Shown here: piece by piece, positions 46,217 through 56,663 of the stretch | Layout: the number at the start of each line of letters is the position of its first letter | Position numbering within the stretch: position 1 is the first letter of the stretch | Virus record (IMG/VR): IMGVR_UViG_3300032284_000958 | Span: 1-56,663 of that record | Source: a virus | Lineage: Duplodnaviria; Caudoviricetes | DNA length: 56,663 bases | Direction: 5' to 3' (one strand) | Notes under the pieces: generated by a model | Database searches by the model: none | The model's input: the letters and a program-made list of their open reading frames with translations, nothing else | Told to the model about the DNA's origin: nothing | Position numbers and translations under genes: made by a program

Positions 46217-48097
46217 TTATGGACCAGCATACTGCAGTGTTGGATAGTAACGTGATAGGAAATCACCCAGTAAGAATAATACGTTTCCACTACCATTACT
46301 ATTATTGTGAACTATTTGAACAGTATTCAACCCTACCACAAAGTTCCAAGTAACTACACCTGACACTGGAGTAATGGCAACTCCATTGAGATAATAATAT
46401 GTACCATCGTCGCTATACATTATATATTGAGTAGCGGCGGTTGCTGAAGTAGCATAAATCTTCATTTCAAATAAATGGGAATACCCATTAGGCATATTAA
46501 ACTGGATATCTCCCAAAGAAATATACGTTCCCTGATAAGATTTAGTAAAGGCAGTCGGAGTTGTTCTACTATAACTAGTAACATCATACCACCAAATATA
46601 ACGTGGAGTTGATGTATTTGTATATCTTGCCCACGATGCAGTAGTTCCGTTTGTTACTAAAACATTTCCACCATAATTAGTTTGAGATGGTAGGCCAGTA
46701 GGGGCCGTTGTTTGTACACTATTATCGGCAAATTGAATACCAGTTCCAGCAATCTTAATAGAGTTTGTTTTAATAGTACCTACTGTATTAAAATTACTTG
46801 CATTTACGTTGCCAGTAACACTGAATGTAGTGTTATCAAATGTAACTTTGCTATTACCAGCAACAGCACTTGTTCCAGTATAGATTGGAAGTTGACCCGC
46901 TTGTCCAGTATTATTGAGTGGACTAGTAGCTGCGTCTACCCATGATAGATTTCCTGCACCATCTGTTGTGATGTATTGACCGTTTGCTCCACCAGTAATC
47001 TTTACGTTAGTAATACTACCCAAACTCGTAGTTCCACTAACAGTTAATCCAGTAAGAGTTCCAACGCTAGTGATATTAGTTTGAATTGCACTACTAGCAT
47101 TTAGTGTTCCCCAAATAGTAGCGCCACTATTACCAATCATTCCTGCATTAACGGTTGGAGATACGAGAGCAGTTGTTCCAGTGATATTAGTTGCACGTAA
47201 TGCACCTGTAAATGTACTGAGAGCACCAACCGTAAGAGTTGAACCGATACTAGTTATATTAGGCTGAGATGCTGCACTAACCGTAGCTGCATATCCACTA
47301 ATACTTCCTGCAATAGGATTAGTAACAGTTAATGTATTAAGTGTTCCTAAACTTGTAATATTTGGCTGTGAAGGATTGCTTACTGCTCTTGCATAACCCA
47401 ATATGTTTGCATTTATATCGGAACTAACACTTAACTGGCTCAACGTTCCAACACTGGTGACATAAGGTTGAGCGTTTGTAGTTAGTGTGCCGTTAATCAA
47501 AATACCAGCAGCAGTATAAATTGCAGCGTTAACATTGTAACCTGGATTAACTGTGGGGAATCCAGTTATGGCAGTCTGTGGAGTAAACTGTGCATCTTTA
47601 CTTACAATACCAACTAACACACCACCGACCCATAATTTAAGAACAGTGTGTGGACTGCTTGTATTGTCTACAATAGTATCAGCAAGCGCAGCAGTTAGCT
47701 GCTGGGATGATGTATACGATGGTCCAATTAACAGCCAAGCACCGCCTGTATAGATATACAGTTGACTTGTTGAAGTATTATACCACAGGTCTCCTTGGCT
47801 AGAACCAATCGGTGCGCTACTGTTAGAAATCAATCCAGAAATATTTTTAAAAGATGCACCATTATATATTTTTAATGCATTGTGTAGTGTATCATACCAA
47901 AGTTGACCAATAACAGCACTAGATGGTTGGTTATCACCTGCCCAACTTTGCATCAAGTTTACTAAGTCTTGTGCAATATACGCACCATAATTTGGATAAT
48001 TTCTACCAACAAGCGTTAAGCTAGTTGATGTATCATTTTTGGTTCCATCATTAATGACAATAGTGGGATTTTTTGCTACATTGATATTATAAGACAT
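46217..48097 (-). CDS. Tail fiber with shared N-terminal anchor and PA14-like C-terminal domain
   Basis: GQLWYD/GDLWYN modules, QPNITSLGTL repeats, C-terminal YSDDG. Confidence 0.75.
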   Translation of the reverse strand: MSYNINVAKNPTIVINDGTKNDTSTSLTLVGRNYPNYGAYIAQDLVNLMQSWAGDNQPSSAVIGQLWYDTLHNALKIYNGASFKNISGLISNSSAPIGSSQGDLWYNTSTSQLYIYTGGAWLLIGPSYTSSQQLTAALADTIVDNTSSPHTVLKLWVGGVLVGIVSKDAQFTPQTAITGFPTVNPGYNVNAAIYTAAGILINGTLTTNAQPYVTSVGTLSQLSVSSDINANILGYARAVSNPSQPNITSLGTLNTLTVTNPIAGSISGYAATVSAASQPNITSIGSTLTVGALSTFTGALRATNITGTTALVSPTVNAGMIGNSGATIWGTLNASSAIQTNITSVGTLTGLTVSGTTSLGSITNVKITGGANGQYITTDGAGNLSWVDAATSPLNNTGQAGQLPIYTGTSAVAGNSKVTFDNTTFSVTGNVNASNFNTVGTIKTNSIKIAGTGIQFADNSVQTTAPTGLPSQTNYGGNVLVTNGTTASWARYTNTSTPRYIWWYDVTSYSRTTPTAFTKSYQGTYISLGDIQFNMPNGYSHLFEMKIYATSATAATQYIMYSDDGTYYYLNGVAITPVSGVVTWNFVVGLNTVQIVHNNSNGSGNVLFLLGDFLSRYYPTLQYAGP

Positions 48098-48161
48098 GGT
48101 TCTACCTGTTTACTGTTATAGTATTTATTTGATTTGAACAGGTCAACCGTTACTAATAATA

Positions 48162-49436
48162 TTAAACGAATGATCCAACGTCTAATGATGGTATTCTGGT
48201 TAACTTATAATAACTTCCACGAGACGGAGTGATAGTTCCAGCACTACTTACTACACCAAAATAGAATGTTCCAGCAGTTGAAGCATTACTTTCAATCAAC
48301 GCATTTAGTCTATAAGAATGGTTAACAGCAGTTGTTAGAGAACCAGTAGCAGGTAAAGTAACTGTTACGCCGCTCTGGTTGATTATACCAGCAAACTGTG
48401 ATGTACCAACAGTGGAGATACCACCAACTGGTGAACCATTATACACTATGTTTACGTTCTGAGCACTTTGAGCAAAGTTTAACGAAAATGTAACTGTTCC
48501 TGCTGTAGTTTTAAGGAAGTCTAATACCGCTTCTAGTAGATAAACACTGTTTGATGCAAGTGTTGCATTTGATGCAGCACCAAAGAATGCGTTTGCACCT
48601 GGACCAATTGCGCCACCAGTGGCCTGTATTCTTTGCAGTTGATTAGTTTCAACATATCCACGACCAGAAGATGAATCGATAGTAGCATAATATGCAACAC
48701 CGTCGTATTCTACCGCACCACGTGTTGCAACTGTATTAAGTACACCGTTTATATCAAATGCTAGTGGGGTTTGTGTAGTGGTTCCTGCTCCAAGGCTTAA
48801 AAATGCTACAGGAGATACTTTACCAGCACCAATATTACCAGTAGTCGTCACTGTTCCTGTAGTAACTGTAGTAGCAGTAACACTGGCACCAGTGTTACCA
48901 ATGGTTCCAGCAAATAAAGTTGGTGCACTAATTGTTCCCTGTGCTGTAATAGTACTAGTGGTTGCTAATGTAGTTCCAGTAATAGTAGCACCAGTGATTG
49001 TAGCACCAGTATTGCCGATTGTACCAGCATAAACTGCAGTGCCACTGAAGTTGTTTGCAAACACCGAACCAGTGCTTACCAAACTTCCGTTTGCTTTATA
49101 GTATGTTATTGCAGATGTTCCAGCAAAAGACCCAGCATCATTAAACTGAAGCTGTGTGCTAGTGCCACCGATGGCATTGAGTGAACCACCATTTGGATAG
49201 AAATATGCTGGACTATATACAGCCGTTGTTACGTTTAGGTTGGCCTGTGCTTGAATGTTACCCTGTGAAATAATACCACCAGTACCAATTACAGTTAACT
49301 GAGAAGATATATTAACTGGTGGCTGTGTGCTACCAGCGGATACTTTTTCCCAAGCACCAATGTTGCTATAATAAATGTATTGCACACCATTGGTTGTAGT
49401 TGTTTGTAAATTGGTTGGACTACTTGGAAACGTCAT
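48162..49436 (-). CDS. Tail fiber/appendage protein
   Basis: FPSSPT N-terminal module, AGTIGNTGA repeats, QLQFNDAG. Confidence 0.7.
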   Translation of the reverse strand: MTFPSSPTNLQTTTTNGVQYIYYSNIGAWEKVSAGSTQPPVNISSQLTVIGTGGIISQGNIQAQANLNVTTAVYSPAYFYPNGGSLNAIGGTSTQLQFNDAGSFAGTSAITYYKANGSLVSTGSVFANNFSGTAVYAGTIGNTGATITGATITGTTLATTSTITAQGTISAPTLFAGTIGNTGASVTATTVTTGTVTTTGNIGAGKVSPVAFLSLGAGTTTQTPLAFDINGVLNTVATRGAVEYDGVAYYATIDSSSGRGYVETNQLQRIQATGGAIGPGANAFFGAASNATLASNSVYLLEAVLDFLKTTAGTVTFSLNFAQSAQNVNIVYNGSPVGGISTVGTSQFAGIINQSGVTVTLPATGSLTTAVNHSYRLNALIESNASTAGTFYFGVVSSAGTITPSRGSYYKLTRIPSLDVGSFV

Positions 49437-52400
49437 TAATATCTTCCTACTGCTATTTCAATAAGCACTATATCTGAACTATTTATATCGAGTAAACTCT
49501 TACCAATAATACATCCTGGTCTCCAACGTGACTCATCTAGTGCAATTGCAACGCCACGTTCTTCACTAGTTACTAACAGTTGGCCTTTGTAAACTGGTCC
49601 ACGAACATAACAAGGAACACGCCCTGTCATTGCTATTGGATAACCATTTTCTAAACCATCATTCATTAAGTATGCAGGATTTGTAGAAACAACACCTGCA
49701 ACACGATTATCAGCATAAACATCTGTTGTTGTTATTTCAGCGGCCCCGCCAAATATAACAACTTGTCCTTGATTTAGATCAACATCACTTGTATATTTTT
49801 CTGCCAAGTCGGCGTACTTTGCAGTGGTTGATGTTCCAACAAACGTAGTTCCATAAACTGTATTCCAGTAATTTACTGAAGAACCTAAGTTATATGACGT
49901 ATTAGCTGTTGGTGTTATAGAACCAGTTGACGATATAATACCAGCATTTAGAACGTTAATTGTAGCTGTTGTTGCACCTAAGTTACCAAACGTATTTGGT
50001 GAACTTGTAATATCTACCCAGAAGGATGAGTTTGTATCACTAACTCGCATGAATAGAATATCGGTGTTACCCTGATACCAAGTGTCACCCAATATTGGAT
50101 TTGTCGGAGCAACATTAGCTGCTGTAAACTTCATACCATTGCTATATGCATTACCATTTGGCCAGAATACACCATTTGTCGTAATGACGTTACCAGTAGC
50201 AGCAATTCCACTGAGATTTAAGTTAGCACCAACAAACTGTGCTCCTGTATTACCAATGGTTCCTGCATACAATGCACTACCAGTATGCACGTTGCCATTA
50301 ATTGCACTGGCTGTGTTGCCAATTGTCGTGGCATACATACTAATCGCATTAATTGTTCCACTAACATTGAGACCTGTCAGTGTTCCAACGCTTGTTACGT
50401 TAGGCTGTTGAGCAGTTGTGAGGAAACCTGTTACTAGTGTTCCAAGATTGCCGATGTTTCCAGCATATACTGCACTTGCTGTTACAAGATTTCCGTTAAT
50501 CGCACTTGCAGTATTACCAATAGTCGTACCAAGTATTGATGTACCGTTAATAGTTTGTCCATTGATACTATTACCCAAGGTTAGTGCACCGCTAACTGAC
50601 AGTGAAGAAAGTGTACCGACACTTGTAATATTAGTTTGAGCAGCGGTGGACAATGTTCCAGTTAGAACTGTATTAGTATTACCAATAGTTCCAGCATAAA
50701 CTGCACTTACTGTTACAAGATTTGCGTTAATTGCACTTGCTGTATTGCCGATTGTTGTAGCATACATATTCTGTGCATTGAGAGTAGTCGCATTAACAGT
50801 AGGAACGTTAATTGTAGTTGCATTAATAGTAGTAAACGCACCAGTTGATGGAGTTCCATTACCAATTGGAGTATTTTGAATACTACCAGCATACAATGTG
50901 CGAGCAACTCCAAGACCGCCAGAGATGGTTAATGCACCATTCGTTGTACTTGAGCTATCGAACGCATTAGCAACTATTAAATTGCCAAGTTTTAACGTAT
51001 CTAGAATTGTGTAAGCATTTGCTAGGTCAACAGTACTAGTAGGTTCACTACGAATGTTACTGAATAGATACCAAGCATTGTCAACGTGGTTTCTTACGAG
51101 ACCAGTATGTCCATAACCTTGAACTGCATCATATTTGCTTGAATAGAAACCTATTTCATAAGAATATGATGAGAAATTATTTGCCTGTAGATAAACAAGT
51201 GGAGCATTAACATCAAGCTGACCAAATGTTATCGTGTTGAGGTTTGCAACATACAGATTACCACGAATGTAGCTGTCACCAGCCGCATAGAATCCACCGC
51301 CGATTTGCAGTGCACCACTACCACTACCATAGCTGTTTGCAGTTCCGTTGACTTTAACAACACCAGTAGCATCTGCTTTGGCTAAGTTAATAGTTGTTGC
51401 TGCACCACCGATATTAAGCGTAGTTGCATTAATATTGAATACACTTGCAGTTGTCTGATCTGTTGTAACAGTAGCATTTGAACCAAGTGATAGACCACCA
51501 GTTGTTAAAATACTACCAGTAACACCAAGATTACTGCTTACATAAGCATTGCTAAACGCAGCAACGTTAGGAACGTTTGCACCGATCACACCAGTATGAT
51601 AGCCAATGTGCTGACCACCATTGTATGTGGTAACGTTTGGAAGAAGCACTGCACTAGCAATCGTTACTGTGCCGTTTGCAGCACCCATATTGATACTTGC
51701 AGACTGACCAAGATTAATTGTTGTAGCAACAGTATTAAACAGTGTCTGTGTGGCTTGACTACCGACTATAGTAGGATTACTAATATTTGCGATACCACTT
51801 GTTGCACCTAAGTTGAGTGCAGTAGCAGCACCAAAAGCATTTATAGTAGTTGGTGTTGCAAATAGAGTACCAGTAGTTTGGTCTGTTGTAATATAACCAT
51901 TACCAAGTAGGTTTAATCCTGTTCCAACATTTAGTGCACCGCCAATACCAACACCGCCAGCAACAACTAAAGCACCAGTAGTTTTACTAGTACTAGTAGT
52001 AGCACTATTGCTTACAAGATTTCCACTTGTTTTATTATATTGAACATATGTAGCACCTTGGAAGTTACTTCCATCGTTAAACTGCACCATACTATTACCA
52101 CCACCAGAAGGTGTAGTAATTGTTTGACCGTTACTGAACAGATAATAGTTACTGTAGTATGCATTTGCATTAACATTACCAGAAACACCAAGGCCACCGT
52201 TTATTTGTAGTGCACCTGTTGATGTGTTAGTACTGTTGATTGCACTATTCATACCAATAGCATTGTTGGCATAATAATATAGAGAAGTAGCACCAGCAAA
52301 CGTTGCGTCTGCTGCTCTGTATTGTACAGAATATGCTATACCACCAGGCGATCCGATATTAGCAACGTTTGCAATGTTGGCAACAATCGCACCAAACACT

Positions 52401-53833
52401 GAATCACCGTTTGCGTAATACACACCGTTAGTAGTGTAAAGACTATCTGCACTAATTCTACCACCGACACCGATACCACCACTGCCACTAACGACAATAG
52501 CACCTGTTGTAACGGATGTAGATAGTGATCCACTTGCTGCAATAATATTACCGCCAGAATATAAGTTGCTAGTAGTAACAACAGTAGTAAAATTACCTGT
52601 ATTAGCAATATTAGCACCGATTGCACCAGTCAGGTAACCAACATGTTGTCCACCATTGGTAGTTGTTATTGTTGTAGCTACAACAGTATTAGGAGTATTT
52701 GCTCCAATTTCTCCATTTAGATAGCCATTAATTTGACTTCCGCCTGTGATTATTCCTGTTGTAGTAAGTGTCGTAAATACACCAGTGTTGGCACTGTTAG
52801 CACCAATTGCGCCAGTTAGGTAACCACTGAATTGACCGCCGCCAGAGGTAATATAATTGGCTGCTTGTCCAGTTCCTGTCAATACTTGAGTAGCACCGAC
52901 GAAAGCAGCACCAGTATTGCCAATAGTTCCAGCGGCTAATGTAGGTGCAGATATTGTTCCACTTGCTGAAATTGTTCCACTAAGAGTTATAGTTGCACCA
53001 GTAAATGCAGCACCGCTGTTACCAATTGTTCCAGCGTTTAATGTTTGTGCATAAAGTATATTATTAACGGTTGCTGTGCTAAATGTAGCACTATTTGCAG
53101 CATTGGCACCAATAATGCCTGTAAAATATCCAAAGTATTGACCACCCGCAGATGTAATAAAATTAGCTGCTTGGCTAGTTCCCGTAAGCGTTGAGGTTGC
53201 ACCAGTAAATGCAGCACCCGTATTGCCAATAGTTCCGCCTTGGATAGTAGGGGCACTTATTGTTCCAGATGAGTTTAATGATGTTAAAACTCCAAGAGAT
53301 GTAATATAGGGTTGAGAATTAGTATTAATTAACCCAATAAAATTAGCACCAGTATTACCTATTGTAGCAGCATTGATAGCATTTATATTAGCTGCATTTG
53401 TAATGAATAGATTAGAACCATAAAACGTAGTATTACCAATATTACCTATTCTGGTAGCATAAACACCAGGTGAATTAATATTGCCATATGAACTTACAGC
53501 AATGTTTCCGTTAGCGTTTAGTGTAGTAGTGTTGATGTATGTGTTTACAGTTAATTGATTGTAACTACCATAAACAGTCTGCCAAGTAGAACCATCCCAC
53601 ACATTAAGATAGTTACTAATATTATTCCACCACAATTGACCAGGAATTGGGTTTACTGGACCAGTGCTATTGGCAAAGTTTTCAAGTAAGTAAACAAAGT
53701 TTTGGTTAAGAGCAGTACCGTATGTAGCATAGTTCTTACCGATAAAGGTCAAACTAGTGTCAGTCGTATTTTCCGTATTATCATTTACGGTAATAGTACG
53801 AGTTTGGCTGCTATTTTTAATAGTATATGTCAT
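49436..53833 (-). CDS. 1465-aa long tail fiber with C-terminal intramolecular chaperone
   Basis: Shared anchor (LLENFA..P..P..GQLWW); G/T/N-rich repeats; AKYADLAEKY junction; TAAATA at 53853. Confidence 0.85.
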   Translation of the reverse strand: MTYTIKNSSQTRTITVNDNTENTTDTSLTFIGKNYATYGTALNQNFVYLLENFANSTGPVNPIPGQLWWNNISNYLNVWDGSTWQTVYGSYNQLTVNTYINTTTLNANGNIAVSSYGNINSPGVYATRIGNIGNTTFYGSNLFITNAANINAINAATIGNTGANFIGLINTNSQPYITSLGVLTSLNSSGTISAPTIQGGTIGNTGAAFTGATSTLTGTSQAANFITSAGGQYFGYFTGIIGANAANSATFSTATVNNILYAQTLNAGTIGNSGAAFTGATITLSGTISASGTISAPTLAAGTIGNTGAAFVGATQVLTGTGQAANYITSGGGQFSGYLTGAIGANSANTGVFTTLTTTGIITGGSQINGYLNGEIGANTPNTVVATTITTTNGGQHVGYLTGAIGANIANTGNFTTVVTTSNLYSGGNIIAASGSLSTSVTTGAIVVSGSGGIGVGGRISADSLYTTNGVYYANGDSVFGAIVANIANVANIGSPGGIAYSVQYRAADATFAGATSLYYYANNAIGMNSAINSTNTSTGALQINGGLGVSGNVNANAYYSNYYLFSNGQTITTPSGGGNSMVQFNDGSNFQGATYVQYNKTSGNLVSNSATTSTSKTTGALVVAGGVGIGGALNVGTGLNLLGNGYITTDQTTGTLFATPTTINAFGAATALNLGATSGIANISNPTIVGSQATQTLFNTVATTINLGQSASINMGAANGTVTIASAVLLPNVTTYNGGQHIGYHTGVIGANVPNVAAFSNAYVSSNLGVTGSILTTGGLSLGSNATVTTDQTTASVFNINATTLNIGGAATTINLAKADATGVVKVNGTANSYGSGSGALQIGGGFYAAGDSYIRGNLYVANLNTITFGQLDVNAPLVYLQANNFSSYSYEIGFYSSKYDAVQGYGHTGLVRNHVDNAWYLFSNIRSEPTSTVDLANAYTILDTLKLGNLIVANAFDSSSTTNGALTISGGLGVARTLYAGSIQNTPIGNGTPSTGAFTTINATTINVPTVNATTLNAQNMYATTIGNTASAINANLVTVSAVYAGTIGNTNTVLTGTLSTAAQTNITSVGTLSSLSVSGALTLGNSINGQTINGTSILGTTIGNTASAINGNLVTASAVYAGNIGNLGTLVTGFLTTAQQPNVTSVGTLTGLNVSGTINAISMYATTIGNTASAINGNVHTGSALYAGTIGNTGAQFVGANLNLSGIAATGNVITTNGVFWPNGNAYSNGMKFTAANVAPTNPILGDTWYQGNTDILFMRVSDTNSSFWVDITSSPNTFGNLGATTATINVLNAGIISSTGSITPTANTSYNLGSSVNYWNTVYGTTFVGTSTTAKYADLAEKYTSDVDLNQGQVVIFGGAAEITTTDVYADNRVAGVVSTNPAYLMNDGLENGYPIAMTGRVPCYVRGPVYKGQLLVTSEERGVAIALDESRWRPGCIIGKSLLDINSSDIVLIEIAVGRY

Positions 53834-53872
53834 TCTAATCCACCAACTTTAATATTTAGCAGATTATTAGAG

Positions 53873-55828
53873 TTATGCAACTCGCATAATATAATAAAGA
53901 GCAACCCAAGACGGAGTATTATCAAAATTCATAATGTGAATGTGATCAGATACTGCGTCTGTAGTAATAGAATGAGCATGGTCACCACTTGTTCCAGTGT
54001 TGGCAGTTGCTGCATTTGAACCCGTCGCAAGTGTACGATTTTTAAATGCAAATGTTCCATGATCTTGACCAGCACTCAGACTTGGATTAGTTCCACCCTC
54101 TTGATTGTTAAACCAATACTGTCTACCATTTCCCCAATCGCCACCTGGAAAGTAGAAACTAGGTTGAACATAAACACCATCTGCATCAGCCAAAATAGTA
54201 CTAGGAGAACCATTAGGTCTACTAGTAAACGGGTTGGTTCTTGTTCCAATAGTAGCATTTGCATTATATGGATAATATGTTGGAACACCATTTATGATGT
54301 TATAATTGCCATCAGAACCATTAATATCATCTTGTATTGCGTATACATCATAAAAATCATGAGTATGATATGGAACATTGGTAACCGTAAATGAATGATA
54401 ATGTGTGCCACTATTTGACGTAACACCAGTGTGACTATGACCACCAGCGGCTGCAGTATACGTGCTCATATTATTGTTGCCGCCAGTTCTGCCATATGGA
54501 ACGTTTCCAGCGCCATATGCAAACTTGTCACGCATATCTGGTGTGCCATTGGTGCCATCACAAATCTGCCAACCATTTGGCACATCGATTGCTGCACCAT
54601 ACCACATTATCACACTACCAATTGGTAGGTGGCTTTGTGCAAATACCTCATCGACATATTGTTTATTAGCTAAGTGTTGTGGCTCAGTTGGCAAAAGTTG
54701 ATTAGTTATTTGACCAGTATTAGTAATACCATTTGTTGTAGCATTATTAAACACATGAAGGTCAGTAATGCTAACACCATCTTGCTGATCTAACTGTATA
54801 GACGAATCGCCATGAATAATATACAGTGTATTATCGTTGTGGATAATACCAGTTTGAACACCAGTGTCAAAATATAATCCGTTATTGTTGTTTGGAGTCA
54901 GTGCCCAAATATCACCATCAACTCCAATACTTCCGTTTACCGTTAACTCGTAATACTGTGGATCACCATTATTGACACCAACCCTACCAGTGGTTGTATT
55001 AACCGTAAGTGTAGGATTTACAGCATTCGGAGAAGTTATTTGTATTCTATCATCATAATTGACAATCTGGAATGCTCCACTTCCTCCATAATTGTTATGC
55101 ATTACAACTGCATTAGCAATATTCAATCCATAATTATTACGAATCTTTAATGCACCAGATGTTGCAGCATTTCCGTTACTGTGCATATAGTTGGCATCAG
55201 CAGACGGCGCAAGACCCCTTGCAGTTCTAGCTTCACTAGCAATACCATATAATTCATATCCGTTTGCTAAGTTTATACCTGGATTGATATCAACGATACC
55301 AGACAAATATCCAGTTGAAAAAGAACTACTACTTAAAACCGCTATTAAGTTTTCAGCATTATATTCAGAAGTAACAGTGTGGGTAGCTCCATTAAAGTAA
55401 TCAGATACTGTCTCAACAATTTGTCCGCTTTTTTTCTGACCAAGGCTATAAGCTGGACTTACTAAAATCCATGAGTCTCTATAAAAGAAAAGTTGCTTAT
55501 TAGTATCATCATACCAAAAATCTCCAGCCAATGGAGTTGTAGGGGCATATGCAGATATGGATACTCCACTAAGTGGTCTAAAAATATTACCATCAAAAAC
55601 ATTTAATCTAGTATTAGTTTTGTCCCACCAGATTTGTCCAGCTATAGGAGAAAGTGGAGGAGAACCACTACTAAAGTTTTCCATGAGATGAACTAAGTTT
55701 TCAGCAATAACCTCACTGTAGGCACTGTATCCAATACCTACTAGACTAAGAGATGTTGTGCTATCAATAGTCCCATCACCAACTGTTGTTAATAATGTAC
55801 CATCAGTTTTGTAAACGTTATATGCCAT
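53873..55828 (-). CDS. Baseplate/short tail fiber with collar domain
   Basis: Shared anchor; ANKQYVD; PIGSVIMW..PNGWQICDGTNGTPDMRDKF; HxH repeats; YYIMRVA end. Confidence 0.8.
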   Translation of the reverse strand: MAYNVYKTDGTLLTTVGDGTIDSTTSLSLVGIGYSAYSEVIAENLVHLMENFSSGSPPLSPIAGQIWWDKTNTRLNVFDGNIFRPLSGVSISAYAPTTPLAGDFWYDDTNKQLFFYRDSWILVSPAYSLGQKKSGQIVETVSDYFNGATHTVTSEYNAENLIAVLSSSSFSTGYLSGIVDINPGINLANGYELYGIASEARTARGLAPSADANYMHSNGNAATSGALKIRNNYGLNIANAVVMHNNYGGSGAFQIVNYDDRIQITSPNAVNPTLTVNTTTGRVGVNNGDPQYYELTVNGSIGVDGDIWALTPNNNNGLYFDTGVQTGIIHNDNTLYIIHGDSSIQLDQQDGVSITDLHVFNNATTNGITNTGQITNQLLPTEPQHLANKQYVDEVFAQSHLPIGSVIMWYGAAIDVPNGWQICDGTNGTPDMRDKFAYGAGNVPYGRTGGNNNMSTYTAAAGGHSHTGVTSNSGTHYHSFTVTNVPYHTHDFYDVYAIQDDINGSDGNYNIINGVPTYYPYNANATIGTRTNPFTSRPNGSPSTILADADGVYVQPSFYFPGGDWGNGRQYWFNNQEGGTNPSLSAGQDHGTFAFKNRTLATGSNAATANTGTSGDHAHSITTDAVSDHIHIMNFDNTPSWVALYYIMRVA

Positions 55829-55855
55829 GATTCTTTTCCCGTTGTATTTATGGGA

Positions 55856-56662
55856 TTATTGAACCAAACGTATACTCAAAGAACTATACTTGTAATCAAT
55901 TTTACCGTTAAGATCAGCATACACAATCATTTGTATAATGTCACCAGCGTTGCATTGAATATATCCAGATGCAGTCAGTGGGATTACATAGCCAGTTGAA
56001 TTATCATGACTTGCACGTGCACTAATATTTGTCTCAGTATTATTATGATACCAAGATAAAACTTGTGTTGTTAACGTACTATATGCTAAACTTGACACCG
56101 TGCCGCTTACTTGGTATATGCCATCTACTGGGCAGGTAAATGTACCTGAAACATTATCGTAGCAATTTCCAATGTTAACAGTGACTGTTTTAGGATTCCA
56201 TACGCTAGGAGATGCAATACCACTGAGACTTTGAAATACTGAATCATTGAGTCTACCTGTCGCCTGAACTATTGGATTATACGGCAAGTTTACTCGACCA
56301 CTTGGATCGACCTTAAACATAGTATTTGTTCCAATTTGAACATTATATGTATTTCCAGAAGGAATCTGAATGCTACCAGTGCTACTAGTAATTGGACCAA
56401 TTGTAATCCAATTTAAACTATCATAGTATTTTAATTGCTGACTGGCTGTATCCCACCACAAATCATCTTGCTGTGGTGATGTTGGAACCGTGTCTGAACT
56501 TATAATATTGGTCAATGTTTGCCAATAGTTGCTACTACTTCCGCCTCTGTAATATTTTAACACATGATTTGAGCTATCATACCAAATCTGTCCAACTAAA
56601 GGTGCGTCTGGACTAGTTCCATATGCAAAGTTTTCAAGCATTTGAACTAGGTTTTCGTTTAG
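55856..56662 (-). CDS. 5'-truncated tail protein with C1q-like C-terminal domain
   Basis: The frame is open to the window edge (LNENLVQMLENFA); NIGNCYDNVSGTFTCPVDGIYQ is C1q-like. Confidence 0.75.
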   Translation of the reverse strand, partial: LNENLVQMLENFAYGTSPDAPLVGQIWYDSSNHVLKYYRGGSSSNYWQTLTNIISSDTVPTSPQQDDLWWDTASQQLKYYDSLNWITIGPITSSTGSIQIPSGNTYNVQIGTNTMFKVDPSGRVNLPYNPIVQATGRLNDSVFQSLSGIASPSVWNPKTVTVNIGNCYDNVSGTFTCPVDGIYQVSGTVSSLAYSTLTTQVLSWYHNNTETNISARASHDNSTGYVIPLTASGYIQCNAGDIIQMIVYADLNGKIDYKYSSLSIRLVQ

Positions 56663-56663
56663 A

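Noticed and set aside
49436-53833. Repeats as a CRISPR array or diversity-generating retroelement
   Set aside because: The repeats are in-frame degenerate peptide repeats. There is no constant repeat-spacer period, no reverse transcriptase in the window, and no adenine-specific TR/VR pair was noticed.
1-56663. Stop-codon reassignment as in some large phages
   Set aside because: The standard code gives full-length, densely packed genes.

Overview
This window is a segment of a large, AT-rich dsDNA phage genome with T4-like enzymes and promoters, probably a jumbo myovirus. An alphaproteobacterial host is weakly suggested. The + strand (1-32.5 kb) carries: a late cluster of probable internal head proteins sharing an M-R/K-x-x-E-I...E leader, including proteins with three amidoligase domains in total; an inverted YafQ-like toxin/antitoxin pair; a replication module (DsbA-like protein, family B DNA polymerase, clamp, RNase H); early genes (ArfA-like peptide, MoxR AAA+, vWA/HExxH partner); DHFR and ThyA; and three nucleotide-amino-sugar enzymes. 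The - strand (56.6-32.5 kb) carries paralogous tail-fiber/baseplate genes, then an operon of about 12.3 kb with four glycosyltransferase-like genes and five tandem N-terminal-twitch radical SAM genes. That operon converges on the sugar genes. The best candidates for undescribed biology are the radical SAM/glycosyltransferase/amino-sugar modification system, a hairpin RNA whose loop is complementary to the shared ribosome-binding site of neighbouring early genes, and the leader-tagged, probably protease-processed virion cargo. No tRNA, CRISPR array, intein or integrase was seen. All family calls come from reading motifs by eye, not from database searches.
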